Shown here piece after piece: positions 1 through 16,217 of a DNA stretch of 64,000 nucleotides (within the stretch, counting starts at the first letter, position 1; each line of letters opens with the position of its first letter). The translations under genes and the position numbers were made by a program. The DNA comes from an uncultured Gemmatimonadaceae bacterium (GTDB taxonomy: Bacteria; Gemmatimonadota; Gemmatimonadetes; Gemmatimonadales; Gemmatimonadaceae), in contig CAVXGK010000002.1 in assembly GCA_963761305.1 (NCBI GenBank), positions 448,001-512,000 of the forward strand, written 5' to 3'. The notes below the pieces were generated by a model. That model did not search any database and was not told the origin of the DNA. It saw only the letters and a program-made list of their open reading frames with translations.

Positions 1-20
1 GTAGAGAGAACTCATTTCGT

Positions 21-398
21 ATGGCAACAGGGAAGAAGGCCAAGCGGGTGGTGGAGGCGGAGGGCATCGCGCACGTCAGCGCGACGTTCAACAACACGAC
101 CATCACGATCACGGACTCGCACGGCAATGCCGTGTCGTGGGGCTCATCCGGCAAGGCGGGCTTCAAGGGGTCCAAGAAGAGCACGCCGTTCGCCGCGACC
201 GTCGCGGCCGAGCAGTGCGCGCGCGAGGCGCTGACCGCAGGGGTCAAGCGCGTGCACGTGCGCGTGCAGGGTCCAGGCTCGGGACGCGAGTCGGCGATCC
301 AGGCGCTCGCAACCGCCGGCCTCCAGGTCAAGTCGATCAAGGACGTGACGCCGATTCCGCACAACGGTTGCCGTCCGCCGAAGCGCCGGAGAGTCTGA
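21..398 (+). CDS. rpsK: 30S ribosomal protein S11
   Basis: Motifs [43 protein letters not shown]. Confidence 0.98.
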   Translation: MATGKKAKRVVEAEGIAHVSATFNNTTITITDSHGNAVSWGSSGKAGFKGSKKSTPFAATVAAEQCAREALTAGVKRVHVRVQGPGSGRESAIQALATAGLQVKSIKDVTPIPHNGCRPPKRRRV

Positions 399-401
399 GC
401 C

Positions 402-1042
402 ATGGGTCGCTACACGGGTCCCAGCTGCAGGCAGTGCCGCCGGGAAGGGACCAAGCTCTTCCTCAAGGGCACCAAGTGCTTCACGGAGAAGTGCCCGGTC
501 GAACGTCGTCCGTATGCGCCTGGCCAGCACGGCCAGAGCACGGCGCGCCGCCGCAAGGCGTCGGAGTACTCGAAGCAGCTCCGCGAGAAGCAGAAGATCA
601 AGCGCATGTACGGGCTGAGCGAGCAACAGTTCCGCAACACGTTCGAGCAAGGTGACGACGCTGCCGGGGATCACGGGCCACAACCTTCTCGCAGCACTGG
701 AGAGTCGGCTCGATAACATGATCTATCGCATGGGGTTCGCCGCCAGCCGTAAGGGGGCGCGTCAGCTCATTCGGCACCGCCACGTCGAAGTGAATGGCAA
801 GACGGTGGACATCCCGAGCTTTGCCGTCGCGCCGGGGCAGGAAGTGCGCATCCGGCAGAACGTCGCGCGAGATGGTCGTCGGTGCTTCAGTCGCATGGAG
901 CAGTCGTCGCGTGCCCCGTCGCTGTCGTGGCTGGCGGTGGATCGCGAGCACATTCAGTGGCCGGATGTTGGAGCGCCCACAGCGCCCGAGCATCCCGATC
1001 GCGGCGCAGGAGCAACTGGTCGTCGAGCTCTACTCGAAGTGA
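402..1042 (+). CDS. rpsD: 30S ribosomal protein S4 (Cys-containing form), split by several apparent 1-nt insertions
   Basis: [36 protein letters not shown] and [10 protein letters not shown] lie in three successive frames; insertions near 648, 860-895 and 949. Confidence 0.95.
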
Positions 1043-1241
1043 CCTGAGCGCGGCCGCGCGCCAAAGGTCGGATGCCGAATTCCGAGCGGAGGTGCGCAGC
1101 GCCGAAGCGAGGAACCATCAGGCAGTTGTAGTCAGTACCGAATCATCGGTCGGGACCCTTACTCCCTCTCGAGTCTGCCGCGCGTAAGGGGCGAGGCAGA
1201 GCGATGCCGGGCAACCGGCAAGACCCTAGGAACGCCATCAC

Positions 1242-2316
1242 ATGCCGAACACGATCGACCTCCGCGGGCTCGTTCGCCCGCAGCTCGTTGAATCCACCAA
1301 GCGCGACGACAACCCGAACGTCGCCGAGTTCCGCCTCCAGCCACTGGAACGCGGATTCGGCCACACACTCGGCAACTCGATGCGCCGCATGCTCCTCTCG
1401 TCCCTCCGTGGCGCCGCGGTCTGGGCGTTCCGCATCGACGGGGTGGTGCACGAGCACCAGACCATCCCGGGCGTCGTCGAAGACGTCCACCAGATCATCG
1501 CCAACCTCAAGTCGCTGACGCTCACGCTGCCAGAAGACGTCGAGGAAGTGGTTCTTCGCATCACCCGCACCGAGTCGGGCGCGGTCACCGCGGGCGACAT
1601 CAACGCCACCGGCGGCGTCCCGCGTCATCGATCCGGCGCAGCACCTGTTCACGCTCCAGGACGACCGCGACCTCAACGTCGACCTGTACGTGAACAAGGG
1701 ACGCGGATACATCGAGGCCGATCAGCATCCGATCGACCGCGGGCTGCCCGTCGACCTCGTTCGCATCGACTCGATCTACAACCCGGTTCGCCGCGCCAAC
1801 TTCACCGTCGCCGAAACCCGCGTCGGTCAGCGCACCGACTACGATCGCCTCGTCCTGACCGTCGAAACCAACGGGACGATTTCGCCCGAAGAGGCGGTGA
1901 GCTACGCGGCCGCCCTGGCGCAGACGCACTTCCAGTATTTCGCCGACTTCGGTACGCACGCGCTCGCGCCGATCGGCTTCGACGGCGACTCCGCGTCCGG
2001 AGACGGCCCGCGTCTGGGCAGCCTGCTTCGCACGCCGATCGACGACCTCGAGCTGTCCGTCCGCTCGGTGAACTCGCTCAAGAATTCCAACATTCGCACG
2101 CTGGGCGACCTGGTTCGCCAGACCGAGAGCCAGATCCTGCAGGTCAAGAACTTCGGAAAGAAGTCGCTCCAGGAGATCGCCGATCTGCTCGAGCGCGAGA
2201 GCTTGAATTTCGGAATGCGCTTCGAGGAAGGTGGTGACGGCAGCGTTCGTGTCCTCGATACGGGCACGCCGCCGAGCCGAGCCGCCGCCGCCGCGCCCGA
2301 CGACATGGAGGAGTAA
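1242..2316 (+). CDS. rpoA: RNA polymerase alpha subunit, one apparent frameshift near 1620
   Basis: [17 protein letters not shown] in ORF 1242; [10 protein letters not shown] and alpha-[21 protein letters not shown] in ORF 1690-2316. Confidence 0.96.
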
Positions 2317-2321
2317 CAGCA

Positions 2322-2691
2322 ATGCGGCATCGTAAAGCGGGGCGCCAGCTTCGCCGGACCAGCGAACAGAAGCTCGCGCTCATGCGCAACCTCGCGTCGT
2401 CGCTCATCGAGCACGGCGCGATCGAGACGACCGAGGCCAAGGCGAAAGAGCTGCGGCCGTTCGTCGAGAAACTGATCACCAAGGCGCGCGTCGGGGACGC
2501 TCCACGACCGCCGCCTGGCCGTTCGCCACATCCACAAGCGCGAAACCGCCGACAAGCTATTCCAGGAAGTCGGCCCGGCGTTCGCGAAGCGGAAGGGCGG
2601 CTACACGCGCATTCTCAAGACCGGGCACCGCAAGGGTGACGGCGCCGAAATGGCGCGCATCGAGCTCGTCCCGGCGGTCAAGGAGAGCTGA
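2322..2691 (+). CDS. rplQ: 50S ribosomal protein L17, apparent frameshift near 2495
   Basis: [20 protein letters not shown]; the shifted frame gives [27 protein letters not shown] to TGA at 2689-2691. Confidence 0.95.
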
Positions 2692-2693
2692 CG

Positions 2694-2913
2694 ATGGCCA
2701 TTCAACGACACAAGTGCTTCACCTGCGGCAAGGGCGTCGCGTTCGGGAACAACGTCTCGCACGCGAACAACAAGACGCGCCGCACCTGGAAGCCGAATCT
2801 GCAGGTCGTTCGCACCATGGTCGACGGCAAAGATGCAGAAGGTGAAGGTCTGTACGCGCTGCCTCGCCGCCGGAAAAATCAAGCGCGCGCCGCGCGGGCA
2901 GGCGGTCGCCTGA
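2694..2913 (+). CDS. rpmB: 50S ribosomal protein L28 (CxxC..CxxC form), apparent frameshift near 2830
   Basis: [27 protein letters not shown]; the shifted frame gives [17 protein letters not shown]. Confidence 0.93.
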
Positions 2914-2943
2914 CCGATGCGTCGCCGCTTCGACCCTGAACGT

Positions 2944-2978
2944 AAAGAAGGGGGAGCTTTCGAAGCTCCCCTTTTTTT
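2944..2978 (+). terminator. Intrinsic terminator after rpmB
   Basis: GGGGAGCT-TTCGA-AGCTCCCC hairpin followed by T7, with an A-rich 5' side. Confidence 0.9.
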
Positions 2979-3038
2979 CGATATTCGATAGCGGCCGTTC
3001 TCCGTACTCCGCCTCCGCACTCCGCACACGCTGACTGA

Positions 3039-8236
<5,198 letters not shown>

Positions 8237-8240
<4 letters not shown>

Positions 8241-8845
8241 TCGGTGAGGGCGTGTTCATTCACCAATCGGCCTACGTGGACGAAGGCGCCGTCGTCGGCG
8301 AAGGGACCAAGATCTGGCACTTCTGCCACGTCATGCCCGGCGCCGTGATCGGCGAACGTTGCAGCCTCGGGCAGAACGTGGTCGTGATGAACGGCACGCG
8401 CATGGGCCGCAATTGCAAGATCCAGAACAACGTGTCGATCTACGAAGGCGTGGAGCTCGAGGACGACGTGTTCTGCGGGCCGTCGATGGTGTTCACCAAC
8501 GTGATGAATCCGCGGAGCCACGTGCCCCGCCGAAACGAGTACCGCAAAACGCTCGTGCGCCGCGGCGCGTCGATCGGCGCCAACGCGACGATCGTGTGCG
8601 GCGTGACGCTCGGCGAGTACGCGTTCGTCGGCGCCGGCGCCGTGGTGACGAAGGACGTGCCATCCTATGCGCTCATGGCCGGCGTCCCGGCGCGGCGCAT
8701 CGGATGGATGTGCCAGTGCGGCGAGCGGTTGAGCGACTCGGGCGCCGGCCGCTGCGCGGCGTGCGGGACGACGTACGAGAAAGCGGGAGATGGCATCCGC
8801 GAAGTCTCACGCGGAGCCGGCGGCGGTCGGGGAGAATCCAAATGA
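8237..8845 (+). CDS. Hexapeptide-repeat N-acetyltransferase, WbpD/WlbB-like
   Basis: [47 protein letters not shown] start overlaps the carB stop. Confidence 0.88.
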
Positions 8846-9915
8846 GCCTAGACGACGCTCCGCGATCGTTCCGTCTCGCGCTGGTGGGATGCGGCCGAAT
8901 CAGCAAGACGCACTTCGAGGCGCTCGAGAAGGTCGACGGCCTGACCGTCACCGCCGTGTGCGACATCGACGGCGCGCGCGCGCAGAAGGCAGGCGAAGAG
9001 CAGGGCGTGCCGTGGTACCGCACGCTCGACGAAATGCTCAAGACGTCGGGCCCCGAGATCGACGTCGTTTCGATCTGCACGCCGTCGGGACTGCACGCCG
9101 CGCAAGGCGCGGTCGTCGCGCGCGCCGGCAAACACGTGGTGAGCGAAAAGCCGATGGCGCTCTCCCTCGCGCAAGCCGACAGGCTGCTGCGCGCGTGCGA
9201 GGCCGCCGGCGTGCAGCTCTTCGTCGTCAAGCAGAATCGCTTGAATCCGCCGATTCAGCTGCTCAAGCGCGCGATCGACAAGGAGCGTTTCGGCCGCATC
9301 TATCTCGCCAACGTCACCGTGCGGTGGCAGCGTCCGCAGGAGTACTACGACGCCGAGCCGTGGCGGGGCACCTGGGAATTCGACGGCGGCGCGATCATGA
9401 ATCAGGCGTCACACTACGTGGATCTGATTCAGTGGCTCGTCGGTCCGGTGGAAAGCGTGATGGCCAAGACGGCGACGCAGGCGCGTCGCATCGAAGCGGA
9501 GGACTCCGGCGTCGCCATCCTCAAGTTCCGGTCGGGCGCGCTGGGCGTGATCGAGGTGAACGTCCTCACGTATCCGAAGAATCTCGAAGGCTCCATCACG
9601 ATTCTCGGCGAGCGCGGAACGGTGAAAATCGGCGGCACCGCCGTGAACCGCGTCGAACACTGGTCGTTCGCCGACTCGGATCCGGATGATCAGCTCATCG
9701 AGTCGGTGAACACGAATCCGCCGAACGTCTACGGCTTTGGCCACGAGGGGTACTACCGAAACGTGCTCGCGGTGCTGCGCGGCGAAGCGCGCCCCGACAC
9801 GGACGGACACGCCGGGCGCAAATCGCTCGAGCTGATCCTGGGTATCTACGAGGCGGATCGCATGATGCGCGAGGTGCAGATCCCTCGGCGCGACGAGAGC
9901 GTGGGCCTTCGTTGA
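8842..9915 (+). CDS. Gfo/Idh/MocA oxidoreductase, WbpB/WlbA-like UDP-sugar 3-dehydrogenase
   Basis: [38 protein letters not shown]. Confidence 0.85.
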   Translation: MSLDDAPRSFRLALVGCGRISKTHFEALEKVDGLTVTAVCDIDGARAQKAGEEQGVPWYRTLDEMLKTSGPEIDVVSICTPSGLHAAQGAVVARAGKHVVSEKPMALSLAQADRLLRACEAAGVQLFVVKQNRLNPPIQLLKRAIDKERFGRIYLANVTVRWQRPQEYYDAEPWRGTWEFDGGAIMNQASHYVDLIQWLVGPVESVMAKTATQARRIEAEDSGVAILKFRSGALGVIEVNVLTYPKNLEGSITILGERGTVKIGGTAVNRVEHWSFADSDPDDQLIESVNTNPPNVYGFGHEGYYRNVLAVLRGEARPDTDGHAGRKSLELILGIYEADRMMREVQIPRRDESVGLR

Positions 9916-9991
9916 CTGAAACCGTCGCCCCGGTGATCCTTCACGTCTGGTCCTGATACTCCATACTCTCGAACATTTCACGACGGAAGCC

Positions 9992-11104
9992 ATGCCGGTT
10001 CCTCTGTTGGATTTGCGGGCGCAGCACGAGACGATTCGCGCCGAAGTCGCCACGGCGATCTCGGGGATCGTCGAGTCGCAGCTGTTCATTCTGGGCGCGC
10101 CGGTGGAGCAGCTCGAGCGCGAGGTCGCCGCGTTGTCGCACACCAAGTACGCCGTCGGCTGCGCGAGCGGCACCGACGCCCTGTTGCTGGCGTTGCGCGC
10201 CTTGGACGTCGGTCCGGGCGACGAAATCATCACCACGCCGTTCACGTTTTTCGCGACGGCCGGCACGATTCACAATGCCGGCGGGCGCCCGGTGTTCGTG
10301 GACATCGATCCCGAGACGTTCAACATCCTGCCCGAGGCGGCGGCCGCGGCGCGCACGTCGCGCACCAAAGCCGTGATGCCGGTCGATCTCTTCGGCCAAA
10401 TGGCGCCGATCGAACGCGTAATGACGGCGATGCGGGGCGTGCCGGTCATCGAAGACGCCGCGCAGACCATCGGCGCGCGCCGTTCGATCGACGGCGAGTG
10501 GCGCATGGCCGGCGAAGTCGCCACGATCGGGACGTTCAGCTTCTTCCCGTCGAAGAACCTGGGCGCGTTCGGGGACGGCGGGATGATGGTCACGCAGGAT
10601 GAAGCGTTGGCGGCGCGCCTCAGGCGCCTTCGGATGCACGGCGGTGCCAAGATGTACTTCCACGACGAGGTCGGGTTCAACAGCCGCCTCGACGCTCTCC
10701 AGGCCGCCATCCTGAGCGCCAAGCTGCCCCGCCTCCAGGGGTGGAGCGCCAAGCGTCGCAGCAACGCCGCCTACTACGACGAAGCGTTGCGCGGCGTCGA
10801 CGGCGTCGTCACTCCCGTGGTCGATCCGGCCAACGAATCGATCTTCAATCAGTATACGATTCGCGCCGACCGGCGCGACGCGCTGCAGGGCTTCCTCAAG
10901 GAACGCGGCATCGGAAGCGCCGTCTACTATCCGCTGCCGCTCCATCTGCAGCCCTGCTTTCAGTATTTGGGCTACCAAAAGGGTGCGTGTCCCGAGTCGG
11001 AGCGCGCCGCGAACGAGGTATTGTCGTTGCCGATCTATCCGGAACTGACCCGCGACCAGCAGGACGAAGTCGTTTCCACGATCCGAGCGTTCTATGGCCG
11101 CTGA
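9992..11104 (+). CDS. DegT/DnrJ/EryC1/StrS aminotransferase, WbpE-like
   Basis: ASGTDAL, EDAAQ, SFFPSKNLGAFGDGG, NSRLDALQAA. Confidence 0.9.
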   Translation: MPVPLLDLRAQHETIRAEVATAISGIVESQLFILGAPVEQLEREVAALSHTKYAVGCASGTDALLLALRALDVGPGDEIITTPFTFFATAGTIHNAGGRPVFVDIDPETFNILPEAAAAARTSRTKAVMPVDLFGQMAPIERVMTAMRGVPVIEDAAQTIGARRSIDGEWRMAGEVATIGTFSFFPSKNLGAFGDGGMMVTQDEALAARLRRLRMHGGAKMYFHDEVGFNSRLDALQAAILSAKLPRLQGWSAKRRSNAAYYDEALRGVDGVVTPVVDPANESIFNQYTIRADRRDALQGFLKERGIGSAVYYPLPLHLQPCFQYLGYQKGACPESERAANEVLSLPIYPELTRDQQDEVVSTIRAFYGR

Positions 11105-12446
11105 GCGAAGCACCAAGGACAAGCTGCTGGCGAAGATCCAGGACCGAAGCGCCGTCGTCGGCGTCATCGGGCTGGGCTACGTCGGCCTGCCCCTCGCCGT
11201 CGAATTCGCCAAGGCCGGATTCCGCGTCATCGGCTACGACGTGAGCGAACGCGTCGTCGCGTTGCTCATGCGCGGCGAATCGCACATCCAGGACGTGACC
11301 GCGGCCGACGTCGCCGCGCTCGTGAAGAGCGGCAAGTTCCAGGCGACCACGGATGACACCCGCCTCGCCGAGGCCGACGCGATCTCCATCGCCGTTCCGA
11401 CGCCGCTCAGCAAGACCCGCGATCCGGACATGAGCTACGTGATCTCGGCGGCGGATACGGCCACGCGGCAGGCGCGAAAAGGGATGCTCGTCGTGCTCGA
11501 GAGCACCACGTATCCGGGCACGACGCGCGAGATCCTCATGCCGGCGCTCGAGGCGAGAGGGTTCGTCGTCGGCGAAGACGTGTTCGTCGCGTTCAGCCCC
11601 GAGCGCGTCGATCCGGGCAACCCGGTTTATCAAACGAAGAACACGCCGAAGGTCGTCGGCGGAATCACGCCCGCCTGCACCGAGCTCGCGATGGCGCTCT
11701 ACGCGAGCTGCATCGATCACACGGTGCGCGTGTCGTCGCCCGAAGCGGCGGAGCTCACCAAGCTGCTCGAGAACACGTTTCGCTCGGTGAACATCGGTCT
11801 CGTGAACGAAATGGCGATCGTCTGCGACAAGCTCGGCGTGGACGTGTGGGAAGTGATCGAAGCGGCGGCGACCAAGCCGTTCGGCTTCATGAAATTCACG
11901 CCGGGACCGGGCATCGGCGGCCACTGCATTCCGCTCGACCCGCATTACCTCGCGTGGAAGATGCGCACCCTGAACTACAAGACGCGGTTCATCGACCTGG
12001 CGAGCGAGATCAACAGCCAGATGCCGGCGTTCGTCGTCGAGAAGGTGTCGCAGGCGCTCAACGTGGACCGCAAGCCGGTGAACGGAAGCCGCGTCCTCGT
12101 CCTCGGCGTCGCGTACAAGCGCGACATCGACGACGTGCGTGAGAGTCCGGCGCTCGACGTCATTCGATTGCTCGAGGAGCACGGCGCGACCGTCGAGTTC
12201 CATGATCCGCACATCGACAGCGTGCGCGAAGACGGCCACGTTCGCAAAGGCGTCCCGCTCACCAAAGAGCGGCTCGCGGACGCCGACGCCGTCGTCGTCG
12301 TCACCGACCATCGCGGCGTGGATTATCAGATGGTGGTGGACAACGCGTCGTTGATCGTCGACTCGCGCAACGTGACGGCCACCCTCGCTTCGTCGAAGGC
12401 GCGCATCGTGTCGCTTTCCGCGCGCTCGAACGGATCCGGCCGCTAG
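11094..12446 (+). CDS. Nucleotide-sugar 6-dehydrogenase, WbpA/WecC-like
   Basis: GLGYVGLP, ESTTYPGTT, FSPERVDPG, PGPGIGGHCIPLDP, DVRESP. Confidence 0.9.
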   Translation: MAAERSTKDKLLAKIQDRSAVVGVIGLGYVGLPLAVEFAKAGFRVIGYDVSERVVALLMRGESHIQDVTAADVAALVKSGKFQATTDDTRLAEADAISIAVPTPLSKTRDPDMSYVISAADTATRQARKGMLVVLESTTYPGTTREILMPALEARGFVVGEDVFVAFSPERVDPGNPVYQTKNTPKVVGGITPACTELAMALYASCIDHTVRVSSPEAAELTKLLENTFRSVNIGLVNEMAIVCDKLGVDVWEVIEAAATKPFGFMKFTPGPGIGGHCIPLDPHYLAWKMRTLNYKTRFIDLASEINSQMPAFVVEKVSQALNVDRKPVNGSRVLVLGVAYKRDIDDVRESPALDVIRLLEEHGATVEFHDPHIDSVREDGHVRKGVPLTKERLADADAVVVVTDHRGVDYQMVVDNASLIVDSRNVTATLASSKARIVSLSARSNGSGR

Positions 12447-12459
12447 GCCCGAGCACGAC

Positions 12460-13770
<1,311 letters not shown>

Positions 13771-13798
13771 GGCGCGTTCCCGCCGGCGCACGACGCCG

Positions 13799-14665
13799 AT
13801 GACCGCGCGGACGATTCTCGTCACCGGCGGCGCGGGTCACGTCGGTTCGCACGTCGTCGAGTTGCTGGTGGCGGACCCGAACAACCACGTGATCTCGCTC
13901 GACAACTACTCGACCGGCCGTCGCGACAATCACGTCGCGGGCGCCGAGTACCGCGAGGGCCACACGAAGGACATCGGGCGCCACCTCCCCGAGACGCCAG
14001 ACATCATCTATCACCTCGGCGAGTACGCCCGAATCGCGACGAGTTTCCACGACGCAGCGACCGTCTTCGACTTCAACATCGTCGGGACGGCAGCGGTGGC
14101 GGAGTTCTGCCGGCAGCGAGGCGTCGGGAAGCTCGTGTATTCGGCGTCGAGCACCAAGTTCGCGATCGAGGGCGACGGTCGGCATCAGAATCCGTATTCG
14201 TTCACTAAGGCGGTGAACGTCGATCTGATCAGCGATTATGGCCGCTGGTTCGAGCTCGATTACGCGATTTGTTACTTCTACAACGCGTTCGGCCTCCGGG
14301 AAGTCGGGACGGGGCGGTACGCGACGCTCATCGCCCGGTTTCAGGAGCTGCATCGGAGCGGGAAGCCGCTCGAGGTCGTGTCGCCCGGCACGCAGCGGCG
14401 GGCCTTCACGTACGTGCGCGACTTGGCGCGCGGCATCATCCTCGTCGGCGAACGCGGCCACGGTGACGGCTACGCTCTGCGGGCCCCCAACTCTTACAGC
14501 GTGCTGGACATCGCCAAGGCATTTGGCGGGCCGATCACGATGATCGAGGGGTACCCGGGACGCCACGACGTCGCCGACGATCCCACACGGGCGCACGACG
14601 AGCTTGGCTGGGAGGCCACCGTGGACGTCATGGACTGGATCCGGGATTTCAAGGCGGGTCGATAA
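13799..14665 (+). CDS. NAD-dependent epimerase/dehydratase family protein
   Basis: TGGAGHVGS Rossmann motif and YSFTK catalytic YxxxK. Confidence 0.85.
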   Translation: MTARTILVTGGAGHVGSHVVELLVADPNNHVISLDNYSTGRRDNHVAGAEYREGHTKDIGRHLPETPDIIYHLGEYARIATSFHDAATVFDFNIVGTAAVAEFCRQRGVGKLVYSASSTKFAIEGDGRHQNPYSFTKAVNVDLISDYGRWFELDYAICYFYNAFGLREVGTGRYATLIARFQELHRSGKPLEVVSPGTQRRAFTYVRDLARGIILVGERGHGDGYALRAPNSYSVLDIAKAFGGPITMIEGYPGRHDVADDPTRAHDELGWEATVDVMDWIRDFKAGR

Positions 14666-14801
14666 CCGCAAGCGGACCGGTGAACGGGCGGACGGGCACG
14701 CGGAAACGATCAGATTCCGGTGCGACTCGCACGCCCGTTGCCGGTTATCTTACGAGGTTCGCGTCCGAACCGATGCCACATTCCCGGGGTACCAGCCGGA
14801 T

Positions 14802-15617
14802 ATGCACCGATTCCCTCGCAGACTCGTCGCGGCGCTCCTCTTGGTTGGCGCCGCGGCGTGCCGGCCGGAATTTGATCTCAAGAAATACACGGACAGCCAG
14901 GCGCTCTACGCCGCCTCGCTGCACGCGTATGATCGTCACAAGTGGGATGACGCCGCCACCGGGTTCGAGAAGCTGACGACGGACCTGTCCCCGCGTGATT
15001 CGCTGCTGCCCAGGTCGTACTGGTATCTGGCGTCGGCGCACGACCACCTGGACGAGCATCTGCTCGCGGCGCAGAGCTACGACCGGCTCGTGCAGACCTT
15101 CCCCGACGATTCGCTGGCGGCCCAGGCGGCCCTCGAAACGGCGCGGTCGTACCGCAAGATGTGGCGCAAACCGCAGTTGGACCCGACGTACGGGGAGACG
15201 TCGCTGGCCTCGTACAACACGCTGATCGGGCTCTACCCGTCGTCGCCTCTCGTCGCGACGGCGCAGAAGGAGATCGGAGAGCTCGAGAACTGGTTCGCGA
15301 TCAAGGACTACGACGCCGGCATGTATTACGTCCGGCGCAAGGACCCGTATTCCTCGATCATCTACTTCAAGGACATTCTCTCGAAGTACGCGAACACACC
15401 GAAGGCCTACGACGCGGCAATCGCCCTCGTGGACGTGTACAAGGACGTCAAATACCGCGATGACGCGAGCGAAATGTGCTTGCAGGTGCGACAGCGCTAT
15501 CCGAACGACAAGCGCACCGTCGAGGCGTGCAAGGGAGTGCCGAATGCGGCCGCCACCGCCAAGGCGGACTCCGGCCAAGCCACCGCCGCAAAACCCCCGG
15601 CGCCGCCTGAGCGCTGA
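14802..15617 (+). CDS. bamD: Outer membrane protein assembly lipoprotein BamD
   Basis: Lipobox GAAAC, TPR helices, LDPTY..YPSSPLV..YYVRRK pattern typical of BamD. Confidence 0.82.
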   Translation: MHRFPRRLVAALLLVGAAACRPEFDLKKYTDSQALYAASLHAYDRHKWDDAATGFEKLTTDLSPRDSLLPRSYWYLASAHDHLDEHLLAAQSYDRLVQTFPDDSLAAQAALETARSYRKMWRKPQLDPTYGETSLASYNTLIGLYPSSPLVATAQKEIGELENWFAIKDYDAGMYYVRRKDPYSSIIYFKDILSKYANTPKAYDAAIALVDVYKDVKYRDDASEMCLQVRQRYPNDKRTVEACKGVPNAAATAKADSGQATAAKPPAPPER

Positions 15618-15620
15618 CCG

Positions 15621-16208
15621 GTGAGGATCGGGCTCCTCGGGGGGAGCTTCGATCCCCCGCATAACGGCCACCTGTTGGCGGCCGGCGATGCGTTCGACGC
15701 GCTCTCACTCGACCGGTTGGTGTTCATTCCCGCCGCGGCTCAGCCGCTCAAGGTCGGTCTCACCGTCGCCAGCGCGGCGCAACGATTGGCAATGACGCGC
15801 CTGCTCGTCGAAGGCGATTCGCGCTTCGAGGTCGACGGGATCGAGATCGATCGGGGCGGGTTATCTTACACGGTTGACACATTGGCGACGCTTGGCGCCC
15901 GGTGGCCGGGGGCGGAGCTCTTCTGGCTCGTCGGCGCCGACGTCCTGCATTCGTTCGCCAAATGGCGAGCGCCGGAGCGTGTCGCGGCGCTTGCCACGAT
16001 CGTCGTGATGGTTCGGGGGGGGGGAGAAGGCGTGGGCGACGCGGCAACCATCGGGGCCATTCCCGGTGCGCCGCGCACGCTCGCGACGCGGCGGGTCGAC
16101 ATCTCGTCCACCGAAGTGCGCCGCCGCGTTCAGGAAGGAAAGTCGATTCGAGGATTCGTGCCGGACGCCGTCGCCGCCTTCATCGCGGCCGAGCGCCTGT
16201 ACCACTAG
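15621..16208 (+). CDS. nadD: Nicotinate-nucleotide adenylyltransferase
   Basis: GGSFDPPHNGH, SYTVDTL, ISSTEVR. Confidence 0.95.
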   Translation: MRIGLLGGSFDPPHNGHLLAAGDAFDALSLDRLVFIPAAAQPLKVGLTVASAAQRLAMTRLLVEGDSRFEVDGIEIDRGGLSYTVDTLATLGARWPGAELFWLVGADVLHSFAKWRAPERVAALATIVVMVRGGGEGVGDAATIGAIPGAPRTLATRRVDISSTEVRRRVQEGKSIRGFVPDAVAAFIAAERLYH

Positions 16209-16217
16209 AGGACCGGA

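Noticed and set aside
1150..1230. HDV-like self-cleaving ribozyme
   Set aside because: I could not map the nested double-pseudoknot elements or the catalytic C; kept only as a generic structured-leader candidate.
402..2913. Pseudogenised or recoded ribosomal and RNA polymerase genes
   Set aside because: These are essential genes with otherwise intact sequence; the pattern fits assembly insertion errors.
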